Positions 29,490 to 50,005 of a stretch of 64,000 nt of DNA are shown here, in pieces. Origin of the DNA: the human T2T-CHM13v2.0 reference genome, Homo sapiens. How positions within the stretch are numbered: the first letter of the stretch is position 1; the number at the start of each line of letters is the position of its first letter. The notes under the pieces are model-generated. The model had not been told where the DNA came from, made no database searches, and worked only from the letters and a program-made list of their open reading frames with translations. The stretch lies in the NCBI RefSeq assembly GCF_009914755.1, contig NC_060939.1. One strand, 5' to 3'. Made by a program: the position numbers and the translations under genes.

Positions 29490-30105
29490 TATGAAGAGGT
29501 CATGTGGAGAGAGAACCTTGAGAACTGAAGAATCCAGACATTCCTCGAATCTAGCTCTTCTAGCCAGCCCTCCACCGCCCAATCTCCCTTGCTGAGGCAC
29601 CAAAAAGCTAACGAAGCTGTTGCAGCCTTTCCAGTGACAGCAGGCACTGAAGCGAGCGTAGATAAGCCCACTGCCTCTGTAAAATCCTGACCCTCAGAAT
29701 CATGAGAAATAACAAGTGATTGCTGTTTTAAGCCACAATATTTTAAAGGTAGTTTGTTCCATGGAAGAAGATTAACAAAAGATAGAATGACACCAGAAGA
29801 GGGGTGCTTCAGCAACAAAATATCAAAATATGCAGCACTGGCTTTATGATCAGGTGGAAGTTATGGACTAAAAACCTTGAGGAAACTGTTAGAAAGAGCA
29901 AAAAACAAATGGACCTTAATGATATTGGCACAAAAATCAGTGAAGCTGCCACCTTCTTATGTGGAAGATAGCAAATGTGGCTAATAAACTTGCAAATCTG
30001 GCTAATAAAATTTCCGGGCAGAGTGGTGAATGCACCAAGTGGTTCCTTTAATTGCCTACAATAAAGAATGTGAGAAGTGAGATGAGCTAAAAGAGGAATT
30101 GCTGG
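29490..30105 (+). mobile_element. MLT1 LTR followed by the start of MaLR internal sequence
   Basis: LTR end cctgaccctcagaatcatgagaaataac...ttttaagccac, then gaatgacaccagaagaggggtgct. Confidence 0.6.
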
Positions 30106-31607
30106 AATTTTTTTTTCTCGATATGCCCTCAATCCATTCTAGTACTGTAAAGGCAACATTCTATGGGTTGTTGGTTTCTCTGAAGGAAATGAAAGTAAGC
30201 AACAAGAAGGCATCCAGGGAGAAATCATTCCACAGAAGTAATAGGTAGCATTTCGGATGTTACGCTTTTATTAGCATCATCATATCTTAATAATGAGAGG
30301 ACCTCTGGAGGTCTTTTAGCTCTTTGGAAACAGGTCCACGCATATTTGAAATATTGAAAACTGATCCAGAGCAGAAGAATAAATTTCCCAATATCACACA
30401 AGCTGGTGAGAAGCAGAGCTGAAAATAAAATCTAATTTTCCTGGCATCCTTCCTGCTGCACAGCATTGAAGTTCTCTTCCTTTTGCAAAGTGAGACAGGG
30501 TAGTGATAGAGATATCTCAATGCTTAACTATCAAACTGAACCCAGGCTGCTTGATAGCGTCACAGGGAGAAATAATCTAAAGGGCTGAAATGAAGACAGG
30601 AAAATAGTTCTCAGCAAGTGGCATCAACTTATTTGGTATTTTTTTCTCAGCTTATTGTTACAGACATGTTAGTGGCAAATCTGAGAAGGTTCTTTTGTGA
30701 ATCAGGTTATGGCTATGATTGTTCAAAAAGCTCATTACCAATTTATGAAAAGCAGCAAAACTCATTTTCTCTTAATGTGAAATCACTTCAGCCTGTCAGT
30801 AGAGAAAGAACTGTTGAAAAGTGAATTGACCACATACGGATCCATTCTTTCTTTTAAAAAGAAATGAAAAAGTCATCTAAAAGGGAAATATCTCTCAATA
30901 ATGAGATATATCTAACACTCAGCCGGAGTTAAGCCCCAGTTAAGATGGTTTTCTGAATTGGGCTACTTTTCTCATTTGCCTACTGTGGGTACCACACAGG
31001 TAGACTTCATAAACCTGAGTTATCTGTCTACTAAAGAGCAGCAGGGGCTCTTTGACTCAGGATTTCATTAAAACAACAAAAGGATTTTGGGGAATAACTG
31101 AATTCACTCTCTGGAACTAGAGATACATAGTTTAATACATACATATTCTTTCCATAAATTGAATGACTTAAGTGATCAAAATGAGTTCTGATCACAATTC
31201 CTGGTTCCTCCACATTAAGAAATAAACAATGATTGTTACCCATAGTGGCCGTAGAGATAGGTCTATGCTGAGTGACACTGTTTTTCTGTGTTCTGTCTAT
31301 GGTTCCTATGACCTCTCTCATGCTCTGTCACTTGGGATAGCTAGCTCTTATTCTAGAGTCTTTCAAAGTCTTATTTTTCACACCAGAGCATTTGGCCAAG
31401 GTTCAGCATTTAACCACTGTGTCTTTGTCTTTTTTTTCCTATAGCTTTATCTTCCACTCTCCATTGAAAATCCCTGGATATCTACTTAATTCATTAAAGT
31501 CAGGAGAGGTTGTGGGCACTGCAGCTTTCTGATTATTTTAAGATTGGCTATCTGCATTATCTCTGCCATGATCATCATTGGTCTAATCCCTCACTTATTT
31601 GTTTGTT

Positions 31608-32465
31608 TATTTTTAAGGACTTAATTACTTTAGAGCAGTTTTCGGTTCATAGCAAAACTGAAAGGATGTAACAGGGATTTCCCATAAGTCCTCTGCCCCC
31701 TCACATGCAGAGCCTTTCATTATCAATATCCCCTACCAGCATGGGACAGTTGTTACAAATGATGAACCTACATTGACATATCATAATCACCAAACTCCAT
31801 AGTTTACATTAGGGTTTACCCTCACTGCTGTACATTACATAAGTTGGAAAAATTTATAATGATATGTGCCACCATTAAGGTACCATGCAGAGTATTTTCC
31901 CTGCTCTAAAAATAGTCTCTGCTCTATGTATTCAACCTCTTCACCCCCAACTCCTGGCAACCACTGATCTTTTTACTGTTTTCATAATTTTGCCTTTTCC
32001 GGAATGTTGTATCATTGGAAATTTACAGATCGGCTTCTGCGACTAAGGAACATGCACTTAAGATTCTGACATGTTTTTTCATAGCTTGATAGCTCATTTC
32101 TTTTTAGTGCTGAATAACATTCTATTGTTTGGATGTAATGCAGGCTATTTATCCTTTCACCTTCTGAAGGATGGATATCTTGGTTGCTTTCCAAGTTTGG
32201 GCAATTAGCAATAAAGGTGCTTTAAGCATTCACACGCAGGCTTTTGTGTGAACAAATATTTTCCATTTCTTTGGGTAAATACCAAGGAATGTGATTACTG
32301 GTTAGTATGGTAAGAGTATGTTTAGTTTTGTAAGAAACTGCCAAACTCTCTTCTAAAGAAGCTGTACCATTTTGCATTTCCGCCAGCAACAAATGAAAGC
32401 TCCACTCCAGCATTTGGTCACGACGGTATTCTGGATTTTCCTGGATGCTAACAGATGTACTGCTC
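31608..32465 (-). mobile_element. L1MC-type 3' end
   Basis: ttagagcagttttcggttcatagcaaaactga and gatgaacctacattgacatatcat. Confidence 0.8.
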
Positions 32466-33125
32466 CTTTGTTTTTTGATAAATGAGTACATGTATCTTCA
32501 GAGGAGAAGTGTGCTAGTTGCTTATAGCAAGAGTATAAATCAACAACATCTTCATGAAGCAACAGTTGTATAATTTTAAGACATTAAGATAGATTTATAG
32601 TAAATTGATCACGAATATTTTATAGAATATAATGAAAAAATTGATAGGTTTTAGATATAATTACAGATTCCAAAAGTATTGTTTGAAATGAGCCACTAAC
32701 TCCATTATCCACTGAGGGCAATTTTATAAAAAAATATGAGACCAATAACAATAATAACAAAAACAAAAACTTGATACCTATAGGTGTATTTACATTTTGA
32801 AAAGCTATTAAATTCTATACTTTTAAATCTAAACTGCATTGCTCACTGATGTATCTATTTGTGTGTGATCAGCAGACAGGTTTAACACTTTTCGGTTTAT
32901 ATTTTTCTTCATATATATGATAATTCACTCAGTTGAGTGTTTCTAAGTGAACATCCATCATTTGTTAATATCTTATAAGGCCATGTAATCAGACAAGGCC
33001 TAATTCTTGAATCTGAATGCCTAAGATACGTGTTCTGGTGTGACCACAACTACACTTTCTAGGTATTTATTGAAAATGAGACTACCACATATCTGCATAA
33101 GAACCTTCAGGAGCATGCCATCAGG

Positions 33126-33167
33126 AAAAAAACAAAAAACAAAAACAAAACAAAACAAAAAAAAAAC
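33126..33167. repeat. A-rich (CAAAA)n simple repeat
   Basis: Read directly from sequence. Confidence 0.8.
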
Positions 33168-33350
33168 AGTGTGAGAACAGTGACCAGCAAACTAGACTCC
33201 AGGAATCCCCTGAAACAAGTTTTCATCTCAGCACTTAAGTCATTCTTTAAAATAATGTTATAAATTGCGCACTTGATTCTCTAGATTCTAATTATTCTAA
33301 TTTTAAGCCATTAAACGCATAGGTAACCATGACACTTCCATAATCTTTTC

Positions 33351-38862
<5,512 letters not shown>

Positions 38863-39136
38863 ACACTTCCATAATCTTTTCAAAAATTACTGAAGGTGAA
38901 AGTTAAATCTGCCATTTTGTCTACTTTTTATATAATAACTATTCCAGAATATGACTGAAGAAATAAACTTTGTATCAAAAGATCTAAATTCAGATAGTAG
39001 CGTCCCAATCTATGAATGGGAGGATACTTAGAAGTTATCTAAACTCTCTATCAGTTTTCTTATCCATAAAATAAGAATAATGTGGTTTAATAAACCTTTT
39101 GCAAAAATTAACATACATGTTGATATATAAAAAGAC

Positions 39137-39252
39137 TTTTTTTTTTTTTTGAGACAAGGTCTTGCTTTGTCTCCTAGGCTGGAGTGCAGTGGTGTAATCT
39201 GGCTCACTGCAGCCTCAAACTTCTGGACCCAACAATCCTGCCACCTCAGCCT
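39137..39252 (-). mobile_element. Truncated AluJ-type arm
   Basis: Poly-T plus gagacaaggtcttgct...cactgcagcctcaaac. Confidence 0.85.
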
Positions 39253-40375
39253 AGTTGTCTTCTTCAGTAGCAGAGAAAGTTTAGTGGGCATTGCCTCTTC
39301 ACTCATCGCTGACTAAAATGGAAACAACCAATTAAGAATAAAGTAATCCTTTTATGGAACATTTTCATTTTACTATGCAAACATCTGAATTTGAACACAT
39401 GAAAATCAGTGATAGCCAAAACAGCTATAAAGGATGAAATTTAATGGGGGGAAGAAGCAACATGGTCCTTTAATTTGCAGCTCATTAAACTCACTGGTTG
39501 TGTAGTAGAATTCCACGTCTATTATTAGGTTAGTTTGGATTGTGTGTTGGGCACACAATGAAGCAGTCAGATGTATAGACTAGGGCAATAAACACAGGCA
39601 AAAGTTGAGAATATGACTTATTTTTCTCTGGGATTTCAAAATCTAATTGAGCAGAAAGACATGAAAAAGGCAGCTGATGTATATTTTCATATAAGAAGTA
39701 GTCAACTTAAACACAGGGTGTAATGAGAGAAGGCACTATCTAACACAAACTGGGAGTGAGGGGGGCAGTTGACTGAGTAAGTGGGGAGCATTCAGCAGAA
39801 AGTGGCTGCTTGCATAGTATGAGGAGACTTTATACCAAAACAAAGATGAAGGTCATCTAAAGAAAAGAATACAGTGGTAGAAGTGGAAAAGCTTATTGAT
39901 ACATACAATCCTAGATAAGAGTCCAATATGGCCCAAGAGGAGGTAAAATAATTAGTCTCCTCTACTCAGCTCTGCAGTGCTGTAGACTCTTCCAACTTCA
40001 GGTTTATTACTGTCGAAAAGAGAAGCAGAGGCTACCTAAGTGGGCCAGAACACCTACCACATAATGAGTTAGGCTGTAAAAATGGTATTATCACTAAAAA
40101 TTTGACATCTACGAAGTTTTTATGTGTTCTCTATTCATAACATTTTTAGGGCATAAGGATAGACAAATGTCTTTCTAGAGATTACCTGGGATAAACACTA
40201 GTGTGGCAGGATTAGCAAATGCTCATATTCCAGGGCATCATGCTTCCACCCCATTTAAATAATCTGATTGTTTCATTACTCTTGAATCAGCTAGCTCTTG
40301 CAATTGCTAAGACTGATTGTAAAGGAGTTCAATCAACATGTCTTTTTCAAAAATAAAAGTAAAAATTTCATGTTT

Positions 40376-40672
<297 letters not shown>

Positions 40673-42568
40673 TCACGTGTTGTTGTTACAACATTAGGGC
40701 AAGCTTTCTATAGAAGAGTAATAAAAGGCCACTAAACAATTACCAAAATCCTGCTACTCAGAAATGAAACCAAAATACACACATTGTTATTATTTAGTGA
40801 ACAGCATTCTTCATATTTCTCTGTGGAGACAGACATATGAATAGACATGTAAATAAACAGAGTAATAGATCAATTCATACAATCCCACAAATGAGATTCT
40901 GTACCACACTACGTTATTTTTACTTTTATAATATTTAATTTAATGAATATAATAAAGCAGAAGTAAAATTATAGCAAAAATTATTCTGGCACAAAAAAAT
41001 TTAATTCTAAAATGTAGTTCTAAATTAAAAACAGCAAAAGCAACAAAAACAGAAGATAAAAATAAGAGTATTGTGTCATTTTTTCTACAATTCAACTTGA
41101 AATAGTGACTTCATATTCATATTTAATAGAAGAGGATATAATATTTGTACCTCTATTCTCCATATGGATCGATTTATTTTGTTATATTGTTAAGTTTACA
41201 TTGCCAATGCTTTAAACAGTTATTCTCCTTTAACCATGATTGACAAAGATTTTGTTTCATTCTAATTTAATTTCAATATTTAAATAGAGGGTAATTTTCA
41301 GCATCATTCATTTCACTGAATCTTCACATTCTTGAGTCTGTTATTTTAATTTCTGTCTGGCTTGACGTGTTTTCAAGTCAAGAGTGAGAAGTAAAGCTCC
41401 TCGGTGTTTTCTTCCATTACACTTGCAAGAACACATGACTGGCTTCAGAATTCTAGGGTCACTTTCCTTTCTGTCAGAATTTAGCCGTCACTGCCTCACT
41501 GCCTTCCATCCAGCATGGAGCATTTCTGTGGAAAGTCTTCCACCCTAGAGGCCTCCATTTTGATCAGTTTTGGCTATTTATTCCAAAAATATACTGGACT
41601 TCAATTCTTCTTACTGATTTGTTTTCCTTTAGCAATTGTATTTCTTAATTTTCAAAAGCTTTTATGTATTTTATTTTTTGAATTTTTTTACTTGTTACAG
41701 CTTCCTCTACCTTTGAGATGTATAGGTGTTATAGATTTTCTCTCTCTGAACATAACTGCATATCATTTTTAAAAGTTTTTTCCCAGGCCTGTATTGTATC
41801 TTTTATTATAGATTTACTTGTAATTATTATTATTATTATTTTTACCTTGATCCCTGCCTTTCATGTTTGAGGTTACTGTCAAATCTCGGTTGTCTATTCA
41901 TTTTTAAGATAGAGGAACTGTAAAACTTATTGGAGATGGTATTTGGGTGATGTTACATGTCTGCTTGTGAATTTCTCTATACTTATTACTACCAGTGTAT
42001 GGATCTGAACAGAAGAAGTTATGAGAGTGATTTACAATTAATGTAAGTACAGTGAGATTTTACCCTTCTGTTTGGTAGACCTTATTCTCTCGTTTTGTGA
42101 ATTGTGTCCCTACACCTGGCCCTTCTCTTGACATATTTCTCCAGAGAATAAATATCTAGGCTTATGCCTCATTCTAGAAAGAACAGGTACTGGACTCCGT
42201 GGGATGTAATTGGGAAATGGAAGCTCTTTGTTTCTTCTGTGAACTTTCACACCAGCCACCACCAACTACAGTAGTACTAGTGCTCATTCCTAAATTCATT
42301 TGTTCTGCAAAGTTGAATTGCTTGTTTCTTACTAGTTTCTGCAATTGTTTGAGGCTTTTTCACTCACAAGTTAGAGAATGAGACTTCAGCTAATTCTTTA
42401 CTGTGTCTCCTTCTTGTTCTGTGTGTTTTTTGAAGGAGAAAGAAGTCAAAAGTTCTCTATCACCTTAAAGTCAAAAATTCATATTTTATTTGTTTTGCTC
42501 TTTTCTTCGGAAACATCAAATTTATAGTACATATTGCTTTTCTTGTCATTTCTCTCCATTTTGTAATT

Positions 42569-43036
42569 TGTGTATGCAGAATTCTAAGATGACCTCTAAG
42601 AGTTTCACCCCCTGGTGTGTATGTCCCATGTAATTCCAACATCAAGGATGAGCAGACCTGTGACTATGAGGGATAGTTACTCTCATGAGTATATAAAGCT
42701 ACATAAGACTTCTTCCTAGCCCACTGGAGAGAGATGCTTCTGCTGGTTTTGAGTAAGCAGCCATGTTGTCACAGGGCGTGGCCAACAGCCTGCAACAACA
42801 CAGAGACCTCAGTCTTACACCTGTAATGAACTGAACTTTGCCAGCAACTGGATGAGAACTACAGGAAGCCAGTGCCTTAATGGCAGAATGATGGGCTCCT
42901 TAGCAGAAGACCTACATAACTCAGGGCTGGGCTCTGGACCCACAGAAATAGTAATTTCCGTGTTGTTTTGTGTTGTCTTGTTTTAAGCAACTACGTATGT
43001 GGTGATGGGTTATGTAGCAATGGAAAACTACTACCA
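42569..43036 (+). mobile_element. MLT1E-like LTR
   Basis: Starts tgtgtatgcagaattctaagatgacc, ends ttatgtagcaatggaaaacta. Confidence 0.75.
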
Positions 43037-43459
43037 CACTTGATGCTATATGTTATGGCAGGACCATCTTTCCAATGGAATGTACTATATGCTCTGAGGC
43101 AGCCTACTCATGTGACTTTAATTTCCGTAATGGTTATAATATTTTACTTTTGTTGTAAGCTTCTCAAATTTACTTTTTATTTTTTCAAATTGCATGGCTT
43201 TTTAAACCCTATATCTTTTTTTCCAACTTAAATTGTTGTAATAATATCATTCGTTTTCAATCATAAGGGAGTATTTGTATGAAATCTTCCTTCGTTTCTT
43301 GAGTGATTTCCTTTAGAATGTGTGCTCTTCATTAACCTATTGATTATCATCCTCTCCTCATCACCACCATCAATCACGCTTCTCTCTCCACCCCTTTCCC
43401 CAACTTTCACTCTCAGGATTTCAGAATATGTCTTCTCACTTCCTTCAGTCATTTGCCTA

Positions 43460-46400
43460 TTTTTTTAAATTACTCTTTTATTTTAGATACAGGAGACACA
43501 TGTGTAGGATTGTTACATGGGTATATTGGTCCCAAGTAGTGAGCATAGTACTCAGTAGGTAGTTTTTTAACCTGTGCCACTTTCCTCCCTTTTCTGTCTA
43601 GTTGTGTGCAGTATCTATTGTTCCCATGTTAATTTTCATGTGTGCTTAATGTTTAGCTCCAACATATACATGGGAATATGTGGAGTTTTGCTTTTTGTTC
43701 CTGTATTAATTTGCTTAGGACTATGGCCTCCAGGTCCATCTATGTTGCTGCATGGGACATGATTTCATTATACTTTATGCTGCATGGTATTCCATGATGT
43801 ATATGTATCACATTTTCTTTATGCAATTCATTGTTGATGGGCACCTAGGTTAATCCATGTCTTTGCTATTGTGAATAGAGCTGTGATGCACATCTATATG
43901 CATGTGTCTTTTGGTAGAATGATCTATGTTCCTTTGAGTACATACCAAGAAATAGGATGACTGGGTTCAATGGTAGCCTTGTTTTAAGTTCTTTGAGAAA
44001 TCTCCAGACTGCCTTTTACAGTGGCTGAACTAATTTACATTCCTACAAACTACAAATGAGGATTCCCTTTACCATCTGTTGTTTTTTGACTCTTTAATAA
44101 TAGTCATTCTGACTGGTGTAAGATGGTACCTCATTGTGGTTTTGATTTGCATTTCTCTGATGATTAGCGATGATGAGCGTTTTTTTCATGCTTGTTGACC
44201 ATTTATATGTCTTCTATTGAGGAGTGCCTGTCCATGTCCTTTGTCCATTTTTTAATGGAGTTATTTGCTTTTAATCTGTTGATTTAAGTAGATTATGAAT
44301 ATTAGACCTTTGTTGGATGCTGATATGGTTTTGCTCTGTGACACTCGCAAATCTCATCTCAAAATGTAATCCCCACATGTCCCAGGAGGGACCTGGTGGA
44401 AGGTGATTGGATTATGGGGGCAGTTTCCCCCATGATGTTCTCATGACAGTGGGTGAATTCTCACAACAGCTGATGGTTTTAAAGTGTGGCACTTCCTTGT
44501 TTTCTTGCTCTCTGTCTCCTACCACCAGGTAAGAAGTGCCTTCTTCCCCTTGACCTTTTGCCATAACTGTAAGTTTCCTGAGTCCTATCCAGCCATGGGG
44601 AACTGGGAGTCAATTAAACCTCATCTTTTTTTTTTTTAAATAAATTACTCAGTCTCAAGTAATGCTTTATAAGCAGTGTAAAAACAGACTAATACAGATA
44701 CATAGTTAATGAATATTTTCTCCCATTCCATAGGTTGTCTGCTTATTCTGTTGCTGTGCAGAAGCTGTTTAGTTTAATTAGGTATCACTTGTCAATTTTT
44801 GTTTTTGTTGCAATTGCTTGGGGACTTAGCCAAAAATTATTTGCCAAGGCCAGTGTTGACATAAGTATTTCCTAGGTTTTACTCTAGTGCTTTTATAGTT
44901 TGAGATCTTACATTTAAATATTTAATCCATCTTGAGTAAATATTTGTATTAGTGAAAGATAAGAATTTGGTTTCATTTTTCTGCTTATGGCAAGCCAGTT
45001 AACCTGAAACATTTATCAAATGGCAAATCCTTTCCCTATTGCTTGTTTTCATTGACCTTGTCGAAAATCAGATGGTTGTAAGTGAGCAGCTTTATATTTT
45101 AGCTTTCTATTCTGTTCCATTAGTCTATGTGTCTGTTTTTGTATCAGTACTATGCTGTTTTTTCACTGTAGCCTTATTGTTTGAAGTTGATAGTGTAAGG
45201 CCTCCAGCTTTGTTCTTTTTGCTTAGGTTTGCATTGGCTATTTGGGCTCTTTTTTGGTTCCACATAAATTTTAGAATAGTTTTTCTAATTCTATGATAGG
45301 TTGATAGGAATAGCATTGCATCTGTAAATTGCTTTGGGCAGTATGGCCATTTCAGTGATATTGATTTTTCATTTCTATGAAACATTAAAACATTCCATGA
45401 GTATGGAATGTTTTCCCACTTATTTATGTCACCTGATTTCTTTCAGCATTGTTTTCTAGTTCTCCTTGTAGAGATTTTTCACCTTCTTGGTTACCTGTAC
45501 TCTCAGCTGTTTCATTTTCTTTGTGGTTATTGTAAATGTGATTGTGTTCTTAATATGACTCTCAGCCTGGATGTTATTGGCACATATAAATGGTACTGAT
45601 GTTTTCTACATTGATTTTGTATCATGGAACTTTGCTAAAATCATTTATTAGTTCCAGTAGCCTTTCTCCTGCTTGATTGCTCTGGCTCTGACTTCCACTA
45701 CTACGTTGAATATGAAATGGTCAGAGTGCTTGCCTTTTTTTCAGTTCTCCAGGGGAATGTTTCCAGCTTTTGCCCATTCAGTATAATGTTGGCTCTGGGT
45801 TTGCTATAGACGACTCTTATTATTTTGAGTCATATTATTTTGATGTCTAGTTTGTTGAGGGTTTTTATCATGAAGTGATGTTGAATTTTATTGAAGTTTT
45901 TCTGCATTTTTTGAGATGATCAGATAGTTTTTGTGTTTCAATCTGCTTATGTGGCGAATCATATTTATTGATTTGCATATGTTGATCCAACCTTGCATCC
46001 CAGGAATAAAGCCTACTTTATCGTGGTGAATTAACTGTTTTATATGCTGCTGGATTCAGTTTATCAATATTTTGTTGAGAATTTTTTGTCTGTGTTCATC
46101 ATGGACATTGGCCTCAAGTTTTCTTTCTTCATTGTGTTTCTGCCAGAGATTGAGTTTGAAAGGATTCCCTCCTTTTTTTGTAATAGCTTCAGTAGAATTG
46201 GTACCAGTTTTTCTTTGTATATCTGGTAGAATTTGACTGTGAATCCATCTGGTCTAGGACTTTTTTGGTTGGTGGTAGTTTTTTTTTATTACATATGATT
46301 CAATTTCAGAGTGAGATATTTCACTATTCAATGCTTCAATCTTTTCCTGATTCAATTAGAGACTGTGTGTTTCTAAGAATTTATCAATTTCATCTACAGA

Positions 46401-49400
46401 TTTTCTAATTTGTATGCATAGAGTTGTTCATGGTATTCTATGGGAAACTTTTGTAATTCTGTGGGATCAGTTATATTATCTTTGTTATTTCTGACTATAC
46501 TTATCTTCTCTTTTTTTCATTGTAAATCTAGCTGTTAAATAGCAGTCTATCCATCTTGTTCATCTTTTCAAAGAACAAACTCTTGCTTTTTTATTATTTT
46601 TTCTATGGATTTTTCTATCTCAATTTCAGTAAGTTCTCTAATTTTAGTTATTTTTTTCTTCTGCTAGCTTTTTCTTTTCTAGTTCCTTTAGGTGCAAAGT
46701 TAGATTGCTAAATTGAGATCTTTCTAACTTCTCGATTACTGCATTTAGGGAAATAAACTTTCCTCTTAACACTGCTTTGGCTGCATCTCAAAGATTTTGG
46801 TAAGTCATATTCCTGTTTTCAATATTTCAAAGAATTTTTCTTAAATCTACCTGTATTTTGATGTTCACCTAAGAGTTATTCAGGAGTAAGTTGTTTAATT
46901 TCCCTATATTTGTGTAGTTTTGAGAGGTCTTCTTGATTTTGATTTCTATTTTTATTTCACTGTGGTCCAAGAGTTTGCTTGGTATAATTTCAATTTTTTG
47001 AATTTATTGAGACTTGCTTTATGATTAAGCACGTGGTTGATCTTAGAATATGTTCCATGTGCAGATGGGAAGAATATATATTCTGTGGATATTACCTGGG
47101 GTATTTTGTAGATGTCTATTAGGTCCAATTGTTAAAGTGTTGAGTTTATGTCCAGAGTTTGTTAGTTTTCTTCCTTAATGATCTGTTTAGTGCTGTCAGT
47201 GGGGTGGTGAAGTCTCCTGCTGTTATTGTTTGGTTGTCTAAGTGTTTTCATGGGCAATGAAGAACTTGTTTTATGAATCTGGGTGCTCCAATATTGAGTG
47301 TATATATATTTAGTACAGTTAAGGTTTCTTGTTTGATTGTACCCTTTATCATTATGTAATGCCCTTCATTGTTCTTAATTTTTATTGGTTTAAAGTCTAT
47401 TTTATATAAGAATAGCAACTTCTGCTCTTTTTTGCTTTCTGTTCACATGGTAGCTCTTTCTCCATTCTTTTGCTGTGAGCCTGTGGTTGTTCTTAATGTG
47501 AAATAGGTCTCTTGAAGATAACAGATGGTTGGGTCATTTATCCAGCCTGCCACTCTGTGTCTCTTAAGTGGAGCATTTAGCCCATTTACATTCAAGGTTA
47601 GTATTGGTATCTGTGATTTTAATTCTGTCATCATGTTGCTAGCTGATTGTTATGTAGACTTGATTATGTGGTTGCTTTATGGCGCCTGTGTGCTATGTGG
47701 TTAAATGAGCTTTTGTGGTATGACTGTCATTCTTTCTTTTCCATGTTTAGCACTCCCTTAAGGACCTCTTGTATGGCTAGTCTAGTTGAAACATATTCCC
47801 TTAGCATTTGCTTCACTTCACTTTTAAGCTTAGTTTGGTGGGATATGAAATTATTGGTTAAAATTTATTTTCTTTAAGGATGCTGAAAATAAGCTACCAA
47901 TCTCTTCTGACTTGTAAGATACCTGCTGAGAGGTCTGCTGCTAGCCTGATGAAGTTCCTTGTATGTGACTTTACCCTGCCTTTAAGACTTTTTTCTTTAG
48001 TGTTGACCTTGATGAATATTGTACTATGTGCCTTGGAGGTAGTCATTTCATGTCATATCTATCTGGGGTTCTGCGTGTTTCTTGGATTTGTATGTAAATC
48101 TCACTAAAGAGATAAGAGGAATTTTCATGAACTGTATCTTCAAATATATTTTCCAAGTTGCGTATTCTCTCTCCTCTCTCAGGAATGACAATGAGTCATA
48201 GATTTTTTCGCTTTACAAAATCCCATATTCTTGGAGGTTTCACTTTTTTTTCCCATTTTTTTCCTTATTTTTGTCTGAGTTGACTTAAAGAACAAGTCTT
48301 CAAGTTTTGAGATTATTTCCTCAGCTTGGTCTATTCTGCTGCTAATACTACTGATTATTTGATAAAATTCTGATAGTGAGTTTTTCAGCTCTAGAATTTA
48401 AGTTTGGTTATTTCTGAAAATGGCTATTTTATCATTCAGCTCTTGGATTGCTTTACTAAATTATTTGAATTCCTTGCACTGAATTTCACTTTCTCCTGAA
48501 TCTCAATGGGTTTCCTGGCCACAGATTCTGCATTCTGTGTCTGTTATGTCAGTCATTTCAGACTGGTTAGAAACCATTACGGGGAGCTAGTGGATCATTT
48601 GGAAGTGAGGGTACACTCTGACTTTTTGGATTGCCAGAGTTCTTGTGCTAATTCTTTCTCATCTGGGAGGGTTGGCATTTCTTTAACTGTGGTGTAAGTT
48701 GAGAATAGTCAGTTGGCTTAATTTCTGAATGCTTTTAGAGGCCCAGGGCTCTTACAGAATCTTTATGTGTGGGTAAATTTTTGACTTGGTTTCACAGCTG
48801 TATATATTAGCAGAATAAAATTTAGGTGTTGTAGTTTGGGTGGCAATCCAGTGAATGAGGTTTAACAGTAATGACTGGTAGCTAGGTTAATACCTGGTCA
48901 CAGGGCTTTTTTGTACTTCTTGAGTTCACAGATATGCTCTGCAGTGATATGGAGTGATACGGTTCCCTCAACAGATCTGCTTGTAAAACTTGAGAGAGCT
49001 CCCTCTGATAGCTGGTGCTGTGCCCACATTTCTTTTGTTAGTTTTTCTGAGCCACATGGTCTTCTTGGGCAGAAGCTGTGGCAGGGAGATATGCCACATG
49101 CTTTTTGGACTGGACCTGAGAAGGGAGGCATGTTCCACTCTTACCCCAGCTCAGGAATCCGTGCATCTCACCCCTCTCACGGCTCTGAGATTGGGGGCTC
49201 TTTCTCTGTTTGAGTGCCAGCCACAAATCTTGGTTCCATACTCCCAAGCTGCACACTACAGCCCTGGGGACACTGGGATATCCCATGGCTTGGGTTTGGG
49301 TTCTTGCTCCACTGGGGGATACAGTGTGCTCCAGGGTCATGAAGAAAATATGTGGGTGCAACTACACACTCAGGCTGACCTTCCAGGGCTGCACTATGCA

Positions 49401-50005
49401 CCTGCTCCTACAGGGCAGCTAGGCATGGACCCTGGGAAGGGCTGGTAGGCAGAAGGGCTTGCAGAGTAGATGCACCCCAGTCGTGCAGGAAAGCTGGCCC
49501 AACTCTCTCCTGGCTTGGAGGTCAGTAGGGGTCCATGCCTCCCAGAGGAGAATGGAAATCCCTGGGGAATGGGCATCTATGGCTGCTCTTGCCTGCAGCA
49601 GTCCAGCACACAAAAGCTCCTGGGCTCTGTGCTGTCCAAAGTCTGTCTCTGCCTGCTCCCCAGGGAGATCCCCCTGCCAGCTCACACATCCATGGTCGCG
49701 TAAGGTCCCTTGTAGCTAGAAAATCAAATGCTCATGGCAAGAGTGAACCATCCCTCAGTTCCTTCATTCAGTCCTTTACTGGAATTGTTTGGGGCCAGGA
49801 ATTAGCCCTGGCATTTGGGTAGCTAACTCAGGGTTTCCAGCTTCCTGCCTCTTCAGTCTTGGCTTCGACCTTGCCTCTCCATCCACTTTCAGCATTTTCT
49901 CCTTGAATACCTGTTCAAATTATGGTGGTTTACCTAATAATTTGGCCTCTCTTGAGAGGAGTGGCACTTCCTGGCTGTGTCTAGTCGGCCATCTTGTTCG
50001 TCTCC
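43460..50005 (-). mobile_element. Full-length old primate L1 (L1PA15/16-like), decayed
   Basis: 3'UTR, ORF2 (LTLNVNGLNAPLKRHRVAGW), ORF1 and a long GC-rich 5'UTR ending in CAAGATGGCCGACTAG on the minus strand at 49981-49996. Confidence 0.85.
44321..44696 (+). mobile_element. THE1D/MSTA-type solo LTR nested in the L1
   Basis: tgatatggtt...gactaataca; 5-bp TSD gatgc/gatac. Confidence 0.9.
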